A DNA stretch of 63,997 nucleotides, counting the filler, from Candidatus Woesearchaeota archaeon (lineage in GTDB: Archaea; Nanobdellota; Nanobdellia; Woesearchaeales; CG1-02-33-12), in the NCBI GenBank assembly GCA_018399355.1. It is 3 parts of 3 records of this genome, joined end to end, with 100 filler letters (N's around TTAATTAATTAA, not from the genome) between each part and the next. Parts side by side here need not be neighbours in the genome. Positions count along the whole stretch, not along the records: positions 1 to 26,196 come from JAGYOA010000010.1; 2 more parts are not named here. One strand, 5' to 3'. A program made the position numbers and the translations under genes. Of the stretch, positions 1 through 9,377 are shown one piece after another (positions within the stretch are counted from its first letter, which is position 1; each line of letters starts with the position of its first letter). The notes under the pieces are model-generated. The model saw only the letters and a list, made by a program, of their open reading frames with translations, was not told where the DNA came from and did no database searches.

Positions 1-89
1 ATAAGTGCTTTCCATACTTTTTCTTATTAATTATTTATTATTTAATATCTAAGTTTATATCTCAATCTAAACTGCTTAAGTAATTTAGA

Positions 90-413
90 TTATTTATCTT
101 CTTTCTCCTCTTTGTCTTGTTCTTCTTTAGCATCTGCTGTTTTTTTATCTTCATCCTTTTCTTTTTCTTTCTTTTCCTTTTTATCTTTTTTATCTTCTTC
201 TTTCTTTATCTTTTTGTCAACAAGCCATGGAGTTGCAAGCCTGTATTCAATGCTTATTATATCCTCTTCTTCAAGAAAATCAGCCCATTCCTCAACAACA
301 ACCTGGCTTACTCCAAGCTGTTTTGCAGCCTGTGGCATTGAAATCTTCTTTTTTTCTTTGATTAAGCTGACTAATTTGTCAACTCCTGTCTGAAGCAAGG
401 GTGATTTTTCCAT
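90..413 (-). CDS. Small protein, N-terminal winged-HTH-like segment plus K/E/D-rich tail
   Basis: ISMPQAAKQLGVSQVVVEEWADFLEEE resembles an HTH; low-complexity charged C-terminus. Confidence 0.55.
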   Translation of the reverse strand: MEKSPLLQTGVDKLVSLIKEKKKISMPQAAKQLGVSQVVVEEWADFLEEEDIISIEYRLATPWLVDKKIKKEEDKKDKKEKKEKEKDEDKKTADAKEEQDKEEKEDK

Positions 414-456
414 TTTATTATAAAATTATTTTTTGATTTAAATATCTATCGGATTA

Positions 457-1386
457 TTATTCTACACAATTGCATTGATAAGCACTAAGGTGGTTATCAT
501 CAAGCATAAACCATAATGGCATATTTTCTATTTGACAATCATTAGTTGATTCTGTTCCAAAGTAAATGTAATCAACAACGCTCCGACTCTTTGTCTGGAA
601 ACCCTGAGACTTGAATTCCTCAATATTCACAAGGCTTTCTATGCCATATGGCGATGATGATAGATTTCCGGCAAGCCTCATAAGAAAGCTCGGAGCAGTT
701 TCTGATTCTATGTAATATGAATTGTTGAGGTGGATTTGCAGGTTTGTTGTGTCTTCACCATCGACAAAATTAGTTATTGTTGTTTTTATTATCTTGTTTG
801 TTACTTTTCCATTACTGTTTATGCTGTATAATGCATCCTCAAACTCTTCTATGCTTATATTTGCTGTTATCTTAACATCTCTATCCCATGAGGCAGTATT
901 CTTTTTATCTTTTACATTTATTTTTATATCTACATAAACCTTTACCTCCCATGGGTTGTCATGGTAAATAATAACATCATTTATATCAAAATCAAGATTT
1001 ATATCAAGCTTTTCTGCCTCAAATTTTACCTTATCTGTCCAGTTTACAAAAGTTGATTCATTCATCAAGGCCATCTTAGAGTTGTTTATTGTCCCGTTGA
1101 GAAATGCCTCCCTAAATCTTGGCTGGAAGTCTCCTATGAATTTTCCATTTGTTGTTATGTATTGTTCCATACTCATAATGGCCCTAAATCCTGTTATGTA
1201 AACTCCTCTCTCAATGTCATTTTCAATATCCCTGATGAAATTGTCCATTGATTTAACTCTTGTTCCTATCACAACTGATTTATCCCTCAAACTGTACTTG
1301 TTGTACAATGTAAATGAGAATACAAGTATACTTATTAGAATAACAGAAATTATTGTGAAGACCATCGCCTTTTTTTTTATTGCCAT
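457..1386 (-). CDS. Class III signal peptide (pilin-like) protein, 309 aa
   Basis: Start re-called at ATG 1386: MAIKKKA|MVFTIISVILISILVF, basic N-region plus hydrophobic helix; overlaps the upstream stop. Confidence 0.7.
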   Translation of the reverse strand: MAIKKKAMVFTIISVILISILVFSFTLYNKYSLRDKSVVIGTRVKSMDNFIRDIENDIERGVYITGFRAIMSMEQYITTNGKFIGDFQPRFREAFLNGTINNSKMALMNESTFVNWTDKVKFEAEKLDINLDFDINDVIIYHDNPWEVKVYVDIKINVKDKKNTASWDRDVKITANISIEEFEDALYSINSNGKVTNKIIKTTITNFVDGEDTTNLQIHLNNSYYIESETAPSFLMRLAGNLSSSPYGIESLVNIEEFKSQGFQTKSRSVVDYIYFGTESTNDCQIENMPLWFMLDDNHLSAYQCNCVE

Positions 1387-4049
1387 GACCTCACCTCGAC
1401 TATCAATGGCCCCCACAAATAAGGCACCTGCGAAACCCACAATGCTTCTATCTCCAGATCTTCCTCATCTATATCTATGTTGATTTTTCCATTATTGTCA
1501 AAATCAAGGTTCAAAAGCAATTCATAAACTGCTTTGCTTATGCTATCCTGAGTGTTCCAGCTTATCTCTGAGTTTGTATAATTGCACTCATTTTCTCCAG
1601 AGTAATCGCTTGGTACAGATGCTGTTATAAATCCTGAGTCCTCTGTTTCGATTATCCATGTGCATCCTTCTGCATTTGGAAGCACATCGCTATAAGTTAC
1701 AGATGATTTTATTGCAGCATTGTAGATCATGCTGTTGTTTTTAGAGCATCCTGTTTCATTTTCAGGCGTGTCAGCTGTCTGGAGCTTTATTGTGTTGCTT
1801 CCATTAACTAAGTAGGTTGGAGGAATCCTCAAGACAAAGGGATCTCCTATACTGCGATAGTCCGAGCCGTAATCAGTTATGTTAAAGAGAAGGTTATCAT
1901 TAACATCAAGCATACTTGTCCAATGTGAACCAGAGTATGATAATACTCTTGCATCTATTATCCTAAGCTTGTTTGGTATGTCAACATTGTTTGTGCAACT
2001 ATTGAACTTCTCTGTTTCTATGGCAAGATCAATCTCACCAAATGAGGCAGGCTCAACAAGGGGAGTGAAATCAAATTTTATGTATGAATCAGGGTAGAGT
2101 ATTGAATTCTGGTATTGGCCCATAAGGGTTATTATCTGTGATGAATAGTTTGCCATTACAAGTATCTGCTCTCCTATATCTTCATATATTGAAGTAAGAT
2201 TTTCAACATCAGATGCATTGTAATACAATGACTCATTACATGCAATTTGTCTCATTGTGTCATGGTCTGCATTCTCTCCAAAGGCAACTGCAAAAACAAC
2301 TATTCCATTGTTGCATGCGTTCTGTCCTGCATCAATTGCCCATTGCTTATCCTGTTCACTTGAACTACCTCCTGAACTATCACCTCTTGTGCCTGAGCCG
2401 TCATAATCTGAGAATCCATTGCAATAATATGTGGGCTGCCCATCACTCATGACAACTATGAATTTTTTATTTTCACTTGTTATAACCATATCCTTTGCCC
2501 TGTTTACCCCGCAGCATATGCATGTTCCCCCATTAGCTGTATATCCATTTATCTTGCTTTCAAGCATTCCTTTATTATCTGTTATTGGTTGAAAATCATT
2601 TGCGCTTGTGCTGTAACTTACTAATCCGATTTCATTCCCACTCATATTCAATACAGTTTCTACAAACTGTAAATCTGCGTTTTTTGCAAGGTCAAGCCTT
2701 GTCTGGCAATCTGTTATCTCGTGATTTCTGGTTATTCCTGAACTGCATGTTCCACATTGATCTCCTGCACATGAGTCTGTATATTCACATTCCCTTGTTT
2801 CCCAATCCCAGCACCAGATAAACCATGAAACACAGCATTCATACCTGCATTTTGCACCAGGCAAAGGCACCTCGCATGTGCTCATACTTCCTGAAACATC
2901 AGTAACAAGAACAGAATCAGATGGCTCTCCTGATGTAATGTTCAATATCTCAGAAATATTTGTTGTCCCCAACCTTATTGGTATTGTTTTTTGGGGGAAG
3001 GGAAGTGCCTCTTCTTCTATACTAATGAACTGGTCTTCATCTGAGCCGCTCCATGAATAAGCTGTTTCGTTTCCTATGTTGAGAAAAGTTGTTTTGTTGT
3101 TGTAGAAATGGAGGTAAATATCAATATAGTTTAGATTTCCAGGGATATCAAAAGAAGAATAAAGATTTATTAGCCCATTTATTCCTGGGAAATAATAGTA
3201 GCTTATCCCAGATGTTGTGTCACTTATTAGTTGGCTTGTTTTGTAAGTTACCTTTGCATAACCTCCTGCGATATATGCTTTGTCAAGCTCTTCCTTGAAT
3301 ATTATTGAAAGGTTGTTTTCTATACCTGCCTGAAAATTGCATGATGTTATGTTCCATCTTGTTGAGCTCATGTTTTCCTCTGGAGGATTAAACAAATCAC
3401 AGAAAACCCCATTCACATACAAATCAAAATCACTTCCTGCATCAAGCTCGATAAATGCATCCTCTATTACTGCATCATCAGGAATGGTTTCTATCTCTCT
3501 TGAAATGTTTCCCTGGCCCACAAAACCACCAAAATATGCGAAGGAAGATGTTGTTTTTTCTTTTATGCTTTTGAGATACGCCCTTGCAGTTGAGCCTTTT
3601 ACAGGCCTTTCATTCTCATACCCTGAAATCATCCTTCTTGCAGATATAACTGTTTGATTTGTGGGCAAGTCTCTTGAATAAACATCATTTCCTCCAACTA
3701 TTATACTGAAACCAATATTTCTGGGAATTATTTCTGCTGTTAAATTTTCTGCAAGATTTTTACAGAGCTGTGTTTTGTTTAAAATACAAAATTCTCCTAT
3801 CTGCTCAAGTACACTTTTTTCCTGGTTTGTTATCTCACCAGAGGCTATAAGCTCCTTAACGTAAGTGTTATTTATCTCACCTATTTTTAATACAGAAAGC
3901 ACGTTAATAATATCATGCGCACAGTAATCTAAATTTGTATATTCCCTATCAGCAACATAAAATGAATCCAGTAAAATTATCCCTACTATTAACAGTGTAG
4001 CACCCATTATTGCATCTATTGTAAAAAATACCCCATTTTTTATTGCCAT
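1377..4049 (-). CDS. Large pilin-like protein with VWA domain, candidate tip adhesin
   Basis: KNG|VFFTIDA class III-like N-terminus; MIDAS elements LVTDVSGSM, GGT, VMSDG; VFAVAFG strand. Confidence 0.8.
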   Translation of the reverse strand: MAIKNGVFFTIDAIMGATLLIVGIILLDSFYVADREYTNLDYCAHDIINVLSVLKIGEINNTYVKELIASGEITNQEKSVLEQIGEFCILNKTQLCKNLAENLTAEIIPRNIGFSIIVGGNDVYSRDLPTNQTVISARRMISGYENERPVKGSTARAYLKSIKEKTTSSFAYFGGFVGQGNISREIETIPDDAVIEDAFIELDAGSDFDLYVNGVFCDLFNPPEENMSSTRWNITSCNFQAGIENNLSIIFKEELDKAYIAGGYAKVTYKTSQLISDTTSGISYYYFPGINGLINLYSSFDIPGNLNYIDIYLHFYNNKTTFLNIGNETAYSWSGSDEDQFISIEEEALPFPQKTIPIRLGTTNISEILNITSGEPSDSVLVTDVSGSMSTCEVPLPGAKCRYECCVSWFIWCWDWETRECEYTDSCAGDQCGTCSSGITRNHEITDCQTRLDLAKNADLQFVETVLNMSGNEIGLVSYSTSANDFQPITDNKGMLESKINGYTANGGTCICCGVNRAKDMVITSENKKFIVVMSDGQPTYYCNGFSDYDGSGTRGDSSGGSSSEQDKQWAIDAGQNACNNGIVVFAVAFGENADHDTMRQIACNESLYYNASDVENLTSIYEDIGEQILVMANYSSQIITLMGQYQNSILYPDSYIKFDFTPLVEPASFGEIDLAIETEKFNSCTNNVDIPNKLRIIDARVLSYSGSHWTSMLDVNDNLLFNITDYGSDYRSIGDPFVLRIPPTYLVNGSNTIKLQTADTPENETGCSKNNSMIYNAAIKSSVTYSDVLPNAEGCTWIIETEDSGFITASVPSDYSGENECNYTNSEISWNTQDSISKAVYELLLNLDFDNNGKINIDIDEEDLEIEALWVSQVPYLWGPLIVEVRSWQ

Positions 4050-4546
4050 GCATATACCACCATTCTTGCTATGCTGTTATTTTTTGCAACAATTCTTGTG
4101 ACCTTTGCAAGCTTTTTTGGGTTTTCATCTTGATTTATGTTTGTTGAATTTACGCCCGGTTTTCCTATTCCCTCTGTTGTATTGTTTATTCTTATTTTGC
4201 TTCCATCACTATTTTCAAAAAAAATATAATAATCATATATTGTTCCAAATATTTTTTTTGTGTTGCTGTAATCCATAGATAAAAAAACATCCAGTTTTTT
4301 TTGGTTTATTTTATCATCTGTGGCTATTCCTATGTGTGTTACATTTTCCGATGTCCAGTTTTTTGGATATCCCTCTGTTAACAGAGAATCAGAGATTAAT
4401 TTTGCACTTTCCAATATATCACCAAGCAGCACTTCATCCTGGTTTGATAGATTGGTTGTTGTTTTGTAATAAACAGCAATTGCAACGCCAAATATGACTA
4501 TTGCTATTATCATATCCATACAAAATATTTGCGCCTTAGTTGAGAT
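4040..4546 (-). CDS. Minor pilin-like protein, probable non-AUG start at ATC 4546
   Basis: In-frame extension upstream of ATG 4519 gives ISTKA|QIFCMDMII; GGAGG lies 8 nt upstream of the ATC. Confidence 0.65.
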   Translation of the reverse strand: MSTKAQIFCMDMIIAIVIFGVAIAVYYKTTTNLSNQDEVLLGDILESAKLISDSLLTEGYPKNWTSENVTHIGIATDDKINQKKLDVFLSMDYSNTKKIFGTIYDYYIFFENSDGSKIRINNTTEGIGKPGVNSTNINQDENPKKLAKVTRIVAKNNSIARMVVYAWQ

Positions 4547-4925
4547 TTATAATCCCTCCCTTGTTTGTTATTGTATTATTTCCTTTTTTTATGGTGCCAT
4601 TAATCTTTGGTATTCTTAAGCTGAATTCCATCTCATTCATAATTACTGTGAACTGGTTTTCATATGTTGCTATTTCGTATTCCTTTCCATCAAACTCGTA
4701 TGGAAGGTAAAATGTCCTATTGTAGCCTTCCTTAACCTGAGAGGCAAGGATTATTTCATTCTGTATCTTATAAGCAACATCCTTAATAATGATATAATCC
4801 CTTTGCCTGTTAAGCTTTTCTGTATGATCGCTAGTTGAAGAAACAAAGATTATCAACATCATAAGGCATATTCCAATAAGAACTATAAACTCCATAGCGA
4901 CCTGGGCTCTTAACCATCTACCCAT
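4536..4925 (-). CDS. Minor pilin, class III signal peptide
   Basis: RA|QVAMEF with E at +5 and hydrophobic helix. Confidence 0.8.
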   Translation of the reverse strand: MGRWLRAQVAMEFIVLIGICLMMLIIFVSSTSDHTEKLNRQRDYIIIKDVAYKIQNEIILASQVKEGYNRTFYLPYEFDGKEYEIATYENQFTVIMNEMEFSLRIPKINGTIKKGNNTITNKGGIINLN

Positions 4926-5320
4926 ACGTAACCCTCCCTTGCCTCTATTGTTATGTAATGTATTCCGGGGCTTGTTGAAACATCTCCACTTATATTAACA
5001 GAGCTTGTTTGGCTGATGTCAGATATACCGCTTTTTGTTTTTATTTTGAAACAAACCTCATAATCTTCCATAACTATGCTTTCAACGTTTTCAGGCATGT
5101 AAACCTTTATCCTTGTTTTTGAGGGCTCGCCTAGATAATAAACAGCTTCAGAGTTGTCAACTATTTTTTTTACAATCTTGTCTGCCTGGCTTGTTATTAT
5201 CTGGTAGTTTGTTGTGGCGGTATGCTGGTAGAATATTATTATCAAGGGGGTTGTTATAATAAGAACAAAACCTACTATTATCAAGTATTCCATGCTAACT
5301 TGCGCAAACTTTCCCCTCAT
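4910..5320 (-). CDS. Minor pilin, class III signal peptide
   Basis: KFA|QVSMEY with E at +5 and hydrophobic helix. Confidence 0.8.
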   Translation of the reverse strand: MRGKFAQVSMEYLIIVGFVLIITTPLIIIFYQHTATTNYQIITSQADKIVKKIVDNSEAVYYLGEPSKTRIKVYMPENVESIVMEDYEVCFKIKTKSGISDISQTSSVNISGDVSTSPGIHYITIEAREGYVWVDG

Positions 5321-5486
5321 AAAATAACTTTTCTTAAACGCATATTTAAATTTATGTAACTATTTTAAAATAAGTAATGGAAATAACAAAAAACAGCTTT
5401 AAAATAGTTAGGTTTATATATTAGTAGTTGTTAATATATCAAAAAGTATAGTAATATACTAAAAATCCAATATCAGAGGTGATATT
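5321..5486. promoter_or_regulatory. Divergent promoter region between the minor-pilin operon and the major pilin
   Basis: TTTAAA box near 5345 for the minus strand; TTTATATA near 5413; SD GAGGTGA before ATG 5487. Confidence 0.5.
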
Positions 5487-5933
5487 ATGAAAAAAGGACA
5501 AGCTGCAATGGAGTTCTTAATGACATACGGCTGGGCAATACTTGTTGTTTTGCTGGCCATAGCAGCACTGGCATATTTTGGAGTGCTTAATCCAGGAAGA
5601 TATCTGCCTGCAAGCTGCAACCTTCCATCAGGTTTAGCCTGTGTTGATCATAAAGTTGTAGGCGGAGCAGATAGTGAAGTAGTACTTGTTATCAGGAATG
5701 GAATGGGAGAAAACTTAGATCCTTTTAATGTTTCAGTAGAGGGATGCACAAGTGCAGATGGACCAGTGGAAGCTATTGAGGGTTTGAGTGATGGAGAAGA
5801 AGAAATAATTACAATAAGTTGTACTGAGGATTTATCAGGAACAAAATTCAGTGGAGACATCACAGTTCAGTACACCAAAGAGAGCGGAATTGATCATACA
5901 GTAACAGGAAGTATTACCTCTCAAATCCAGTAA
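5487..5933 (+). CDS. Probable major type IV pilin
   Basis: MKKG|QAAMEFLMTYGWAILVVL canonical archaeal prepilin N-terminus; strong SD; T-rich terminator follows. Confidence 0.85.
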   Translation: MKKGQAAMEFLMTYGWAILVVLLAIAALAYFGVLNPGRYLPASCNLPSGLACVDHKVVGGADSEVVLVIRNGMGENLDPFNVSVEGCTSADGPVEAIEGLSDGEEEIITISCTEDLSGTKFSGDITVQYTKESGIDHTVTGSITSQIQ

Positions 5934-5960
5934 ATTTTTATTTTTTTATTTTAATTTAAA

Positions 5961-6788
5961 ATGACCAACAAACAAATAGTTGATTATGTAAAACAAAACT
6001 TATCATTAGGTTTTTCTATAGAAAAAATTAAGAAGACACTTCTTGATGTTGGTTGGCAGGAGCATGAAGTTGATGATGCAATCAACGAGGCAAGAGGAAT
6101 TTCTTCAGGGAAAGTAACACCTCCATTGCCAGAAAAGAGCTCTCAAAAAACAAGTGTATTGGCTATATTATCATTAATTTTTGCATTCCTTTTTTTCCCT
6201 CTTGGATTAATTTTGGGAATAATCGCATTATCTGAAATAAAGAAAAATCCTAACCTAAAAGGAAAGGGCATTGCAATCGCTGGTATAATAATAAGCCTTA
6301 TTTTTATAATCTCTTTATTGTTTTTACTTGTAATAGGATATTCTGCGTATTCAGGGTTTTTAACCCCTTCAACATATCTTCCTTCTGAATGTACTCTCCC
6401 GGTTGGTTTGTCTTGCAATGACTTTTCTATTGTTTCAGGAAATCCAGGTTCTATAAGCCTTACAATAGAAAATGGAATGGGCTCTGGCATCATGATCAGA
6501 AGCATAGAAATAACAGACAACATAAATTATGATTGTTACATAGACCTAAAAAAAGAATCTCCTGGAGGACCTGAAATTTATAAGGGATTAGATGGTTGGC
6601 ATCTTCCAAATGGAGAAGAAAAAACAATAAACATAGTGTGCCATGTTGAAAAAACCAATACCAAAACAAAAGGAGATATAATTTTGACTTACTGCGAGGA
6701 ATATTCTTATGACAGAGTATCAAATAATGACGAGTGTGAAACATTTACACGTACTATAGAAGGCGAAATACTTACCAATATCAAATAA
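5961..6788 (+). CDS. Membrane protein with DUF4190-like TM hairpin fused to a pilin-like globular domain
   Basis: LAILSLIF...LGIIALSEIKK...GKGIAIAGII; C-terminus parallels the adjacent pilin (YLPSECTLPVGLSC vs YLPASCNLPSGLAC). Confidence 0.7.
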   Translation: MTNKQIVDYVKQNLSLGFSIEKIKKTLLDVGWQEHEVDDAINEARGISSGKVTPPLPEKSSQKTSVLAILSLIFAFLFFPLGLILGIIALSEIKKNPNLKGKGIAIAGIIISLIFIISLLFLLVIGYSAYSGFLTPSTYLPSECTLPVGLSCNDFSIVSGNPGSISLTIENGMGSGIMIRSIEITDNINYDCYIDLKKESPGGPEIYKGLDGWHLPNGEEKTINIVCHVEKTNTKTKGDIILTYCEEYSYDRVSNNDECETFTRTIEGEILTNIK

Positions 6789-6847
6789 AAATTTTTAGTT
6801 TTCTTAAAAAAGCAAATATTTTATACTACAAACTCTTATTGCCTTTA

Positions 6848-7717
6848 ATGGGGATCAGAAAACCAATTGTTGCCGGCCAGTTCTATGAAAAAGATTTTCA
6901 AAAGCTGAATAAACAGATAGAAGAATGTTTTGAAGGAGAGAATGGACCAGGGGCCTTGCCATTAAAAAAAAGGCAAGGTGATATTCTCGGCGCAATAGTT
7001 CCTCATGCAGGTTATGTTTTTTCAGGGGCGTGTGCAGCATGGTGCTATAAGAAGATTGCGGAATCCAAGTTTCCTGATTTGTTTTTAATATTGGGTCCAA
7101 ATCATTCTGGCTTTGGCACAACCTCAACTATTTTAGATGACTGGGAAACCCCTTTTGGTGTTGTAAAAACTGATAAATCATTTGCAAAAAAGCTTGTTGA
7201 AAACAGTTCAATAAAAGAAGATTCAATGGCCCACCTTAACGAGCATTCAATAGAAGTTCAGCTTCCATTTTTACAGTTTGCATCCAGGGATAATCTTGAT
7301 AATTTAAGGTTTGTTGCAACAACCTTGTCTTATGATTTCAATCTAAGTGAGCTTGCATTATCAATAAGAAAAACAATTGATGAATCAGGAAAAAAGGTTT
7401 GCATAATAGCAAGCTCTGATTTTACACATCATGGTTCTGCATACGGCTATATGCCTTTCTCAGAGAATATAAAGGAAAACATGAAAAAACTTGACTATGG
7501 CGCAATAGATTTCATAAAAAAGCTTGATTCAAAAGGGTTCTTGGACTATGTTAATGAAAAAAAGGCAACCATATGCGGAGCGTCTGCAATATCATTGTTA
7601 ATTGAGATTTTGAAAGACAAGGCCAATAAAGCAAGCCTTATGCACTACTACACTTCAGGAGATGTTATGAAAGATTACAGCAATACAGTGGGATATGCAG
7701 GAATTGTTTTCAAGTAA
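6848..7717 (+). CDS. amrB: MEMO1 family / AmmeMemoRadiSam system protein B
   Basis: RKPIVAGQFY, PHAGYVFSG, GPNH, EHSIEVQLPF, SSDFTH, TICG, VGYA motifs. Confidence 0.92.
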   Translation: MGIRKPIVAGQFYEKDFQKLNKQIEECFEGENGPGALPLKKRQGDILGAIVPHAGYVFSGACAAWCYKKIAESKFPDLFLILGPNHSGFGTTSTILDDWETPFGVVKTDKSFAKKLVENSSIKEDSMAHLNEHSIEVQLPFLQFASRDNLDNLRFVATTLSYDFNLSELALSIRKTIDESGKKVCIIASSDFTHHGSAYGYMPFSENIKENMKKLDYGAIDFIKKLDSKGFLDYVNEKKATICGASAISLLIEILKDKANKASLMHYYTSGDVMKDYSNTVGYAGIVFK

Positions 7718-7720
7718 CTA

Positions 7721-7737
7721 CCGAAAAGCTTATATAA
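7721..7737 (+). promoter_or_regulatory. BRE/TATA promoter of the plus-strand pilin operon (leaderless)
   Basis: CCGAAAAGC-TTATATAA about 22 nt upstream of ATG 7759. Confidence 0.6.
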
Positions 7738-7758
7738 ACAAAAACAAGACTTTTTAGC

Positions 7759-7884
7759 ATGATTTTACTTAAAAAAAGAGGCTTTAATATGACTCCTGAG
7801 GTGATTGTTATAATAATGCTTGCAGTTGTTTTGGCAGCCTTGTTTTTTTTGATAATAGGGAGGGCATCAAATGTTTTGCCTTAA
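7759..7884 (+). CDS. 41-aa mini-pilin, absent from the ORF track
   Basis: MILLKKRG|FNMTPEVIVIIMLAVVLAALFFLIIGRASNVLP; correct spacing from TATA box; overlaps the next gene. Confidence 0.75.
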   Translation: MILLKKRGFNMTPEVIVIIMLAVVLAALFFLIIGRASNVLP

Positions 7885-8605
7885 AAACAATAAAAAAGGG
7901 ATTACAAGAAATGTACTATTTGCATTAATCACAACATTGGTAGCTTTTTTTATAATTATTTTTGTTATTATGTCTATATGGGGTAAGGCGGATGATAATC
8001 TTAATGAGGCAACATGCAGAGCAAGCGTTCTTTCAAGAGTAAAATCAACTTTAAATATTGGACCTATAAAAGTAGCTTTTCCTTTGAGATGCAAGACACA
8101 GGAAAAAAATGCTTTAGTAGGAAATAAGGATGCAATAATGGAGCAGATATCTTATATGAGCGCAAAGTGCTGGTGGATGTTCCTTAATGGAGAATACCAA
8201 AATCTCTTTGACAGGGCAGATTTTTTAAACAATAACAAATGCTTTACATGCTATACTTTTACAGTTGAGCCGGATATCAAGATAACTTCAGAAGAGCTTA
8301 TGGAGTATATGGCAAGCCATTATTATATTGAAACAGAAGAGGCCAAGGTTACATATCTTGACTACATCCAAAGCTATAAGGGAGATGGGGCTGTTTTAAT
8401 TGGTGAAAACACAATTATAACAGGAAAAAAAGAAACACCTTACTCAATAAATTTTTTAAGTCCAGATACAACTTTTATTGGAGAATTATGGGATAGTATT
8501 GTATCATTCTTCTCTGGAGATAACTCAGATAAAGAAATGAACAGGATATACATAGATGAGCTTCAGGGACTATCAACAGACTGCATATATCTTGAGAGTA
8601 TTTAA
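7871..8605 (+). CDS. Pilin-like protein, class III signal peptide
   Basis: NKKG|ITRN then hydrophobic helix; paired Cys (CRAS, CKT, CWWMF, CFTC). Confidence 0.7.
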   Translation: MFCLKNNKKGITRNVLFALITTLVAFFIIIFVIMSIWGKADDNLNEATCRASVLSRVKSTLNIGPIKVAFPLRCKTQEKNALVGNKDAIMEQISYMSAKCWWMFLNGEYQNLFDRADFLNNNKCFTCYTFTVEPDIKITSEELMEYMASHYYIETEEAKVTYLDYIQSYKGDGAVLIGENTIITGKKETPYSINFLSPDTTFIGELWDSIVSFFSGDNSDKEMNRIYIDELQGLSTDCIYLESI

Positions 8606-8606
8606 A

Positions 8607-8759
8607 ATGAAAAAAAATAAAAAAGCAATTATGTGGAATGAAATAATACTTTGGATAATTTTCATTGTTATATTAATTGTTTTTATAATAATACAAACAG
8701 GGTTGAAAGACAAGATGATAAGCGATATAAACAATTTTTTCAACTTTTTGAGGTTTTAA
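8607..8759 (+). CDS. 50-aa mini-pilin
   Basis: Start re-called at 8607: MKKNKKA|IMWNEIILWIIFIVILIV with E at +5. Confidence 0.75.
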   Translation: MKKNKKAIMWNEIILWIIFIVILIVFIIIQTGLKDKMISDINNFFNFLRF

Positions 8760-8760
8760 A

Positions 8761-9366
8761 ATGTTAGGGCTTGATTTTATTGTTAAGGCTGCATTGGGAT
8801 TAGTTGCGCTTTTTGTTGTGCTTGGCTTGATTTATGCCTTAGTGCCTGATGCAATGAAAGAGTACATTGATAACACAGCGCTTGGAAAAATTATTCCTAA
8901 CTTTTCAATAGGATTGGATAAATACGAATCGGATTTTCAAATACCAAAAGAAATAAAAGAGAACATAGAGCAGATTGACAGTCTCATATCAAAAGAAAAA
9001 GATTGGGAATTACAAGAAGGCGAAATCAAAACAATTGAGCTTAATGATTTCACAAAAGATGATATGAGTTATAAAATCATAATAAAAAAAGATTATTACA
9101 TTGTTGAAAATATGAATGGCCAAAGGGCATACTATGAAAACGATTTAACTGCAATACCCTGTGCTATACATACAAGTGATCCGAATTATATGAGCGGACT
9201 TTTAGACGAAAATAAGTATGAAAAAAAGTTTGTTGATAGTATTACACTTAAAGATAAAAATACGATTCAACAAAAAGATGACGAATATGCCTTTTTGGGA
9301 TTGACTAAAGAAAGCAACAGCATTTGTTTTGTTTACTTTTCTCATACAGGAATGAATGCTCCTTAA
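8761..9366 (+). CDS. N-terminally anchored protein in the pilin operon
   Basis: Single N-terminal TM helix without a basic class III region; 1-nt spacing in the operon. Confidence 0.6.
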   Translation: MLGLDFIVKAALGLVALFVVLGLIYALVPDAMKEYIDNTALGKIIPNFSIGLDKYESDFQIPKEIKENIEQIDSLISKEKDWELQEGEIKTIELNDFTKDDMSYKIIIKKDYYIVENMNGQRAYYENDLTAIPCAIHTSDPNYMSGLLDENKYEKKFVDSITLKDKNTIQQKDDEYAFLGLTKESNSICFVYFSHTGMNAP

Positions 9367-9377
9367 CAGAATAAAAA

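Noticed and set aside
112..393. Phe/Ser-rich plus-strand ORFs, and many similar short antisense ORFs throughout
   Set aside because: Shadows of Lys/Glu-rich genes on the opposite strand.
6848..7717. MEMO1 gene as part of the pilus system
   Set aside because: Widespread housekeeping gene; only adjacency supports a link.
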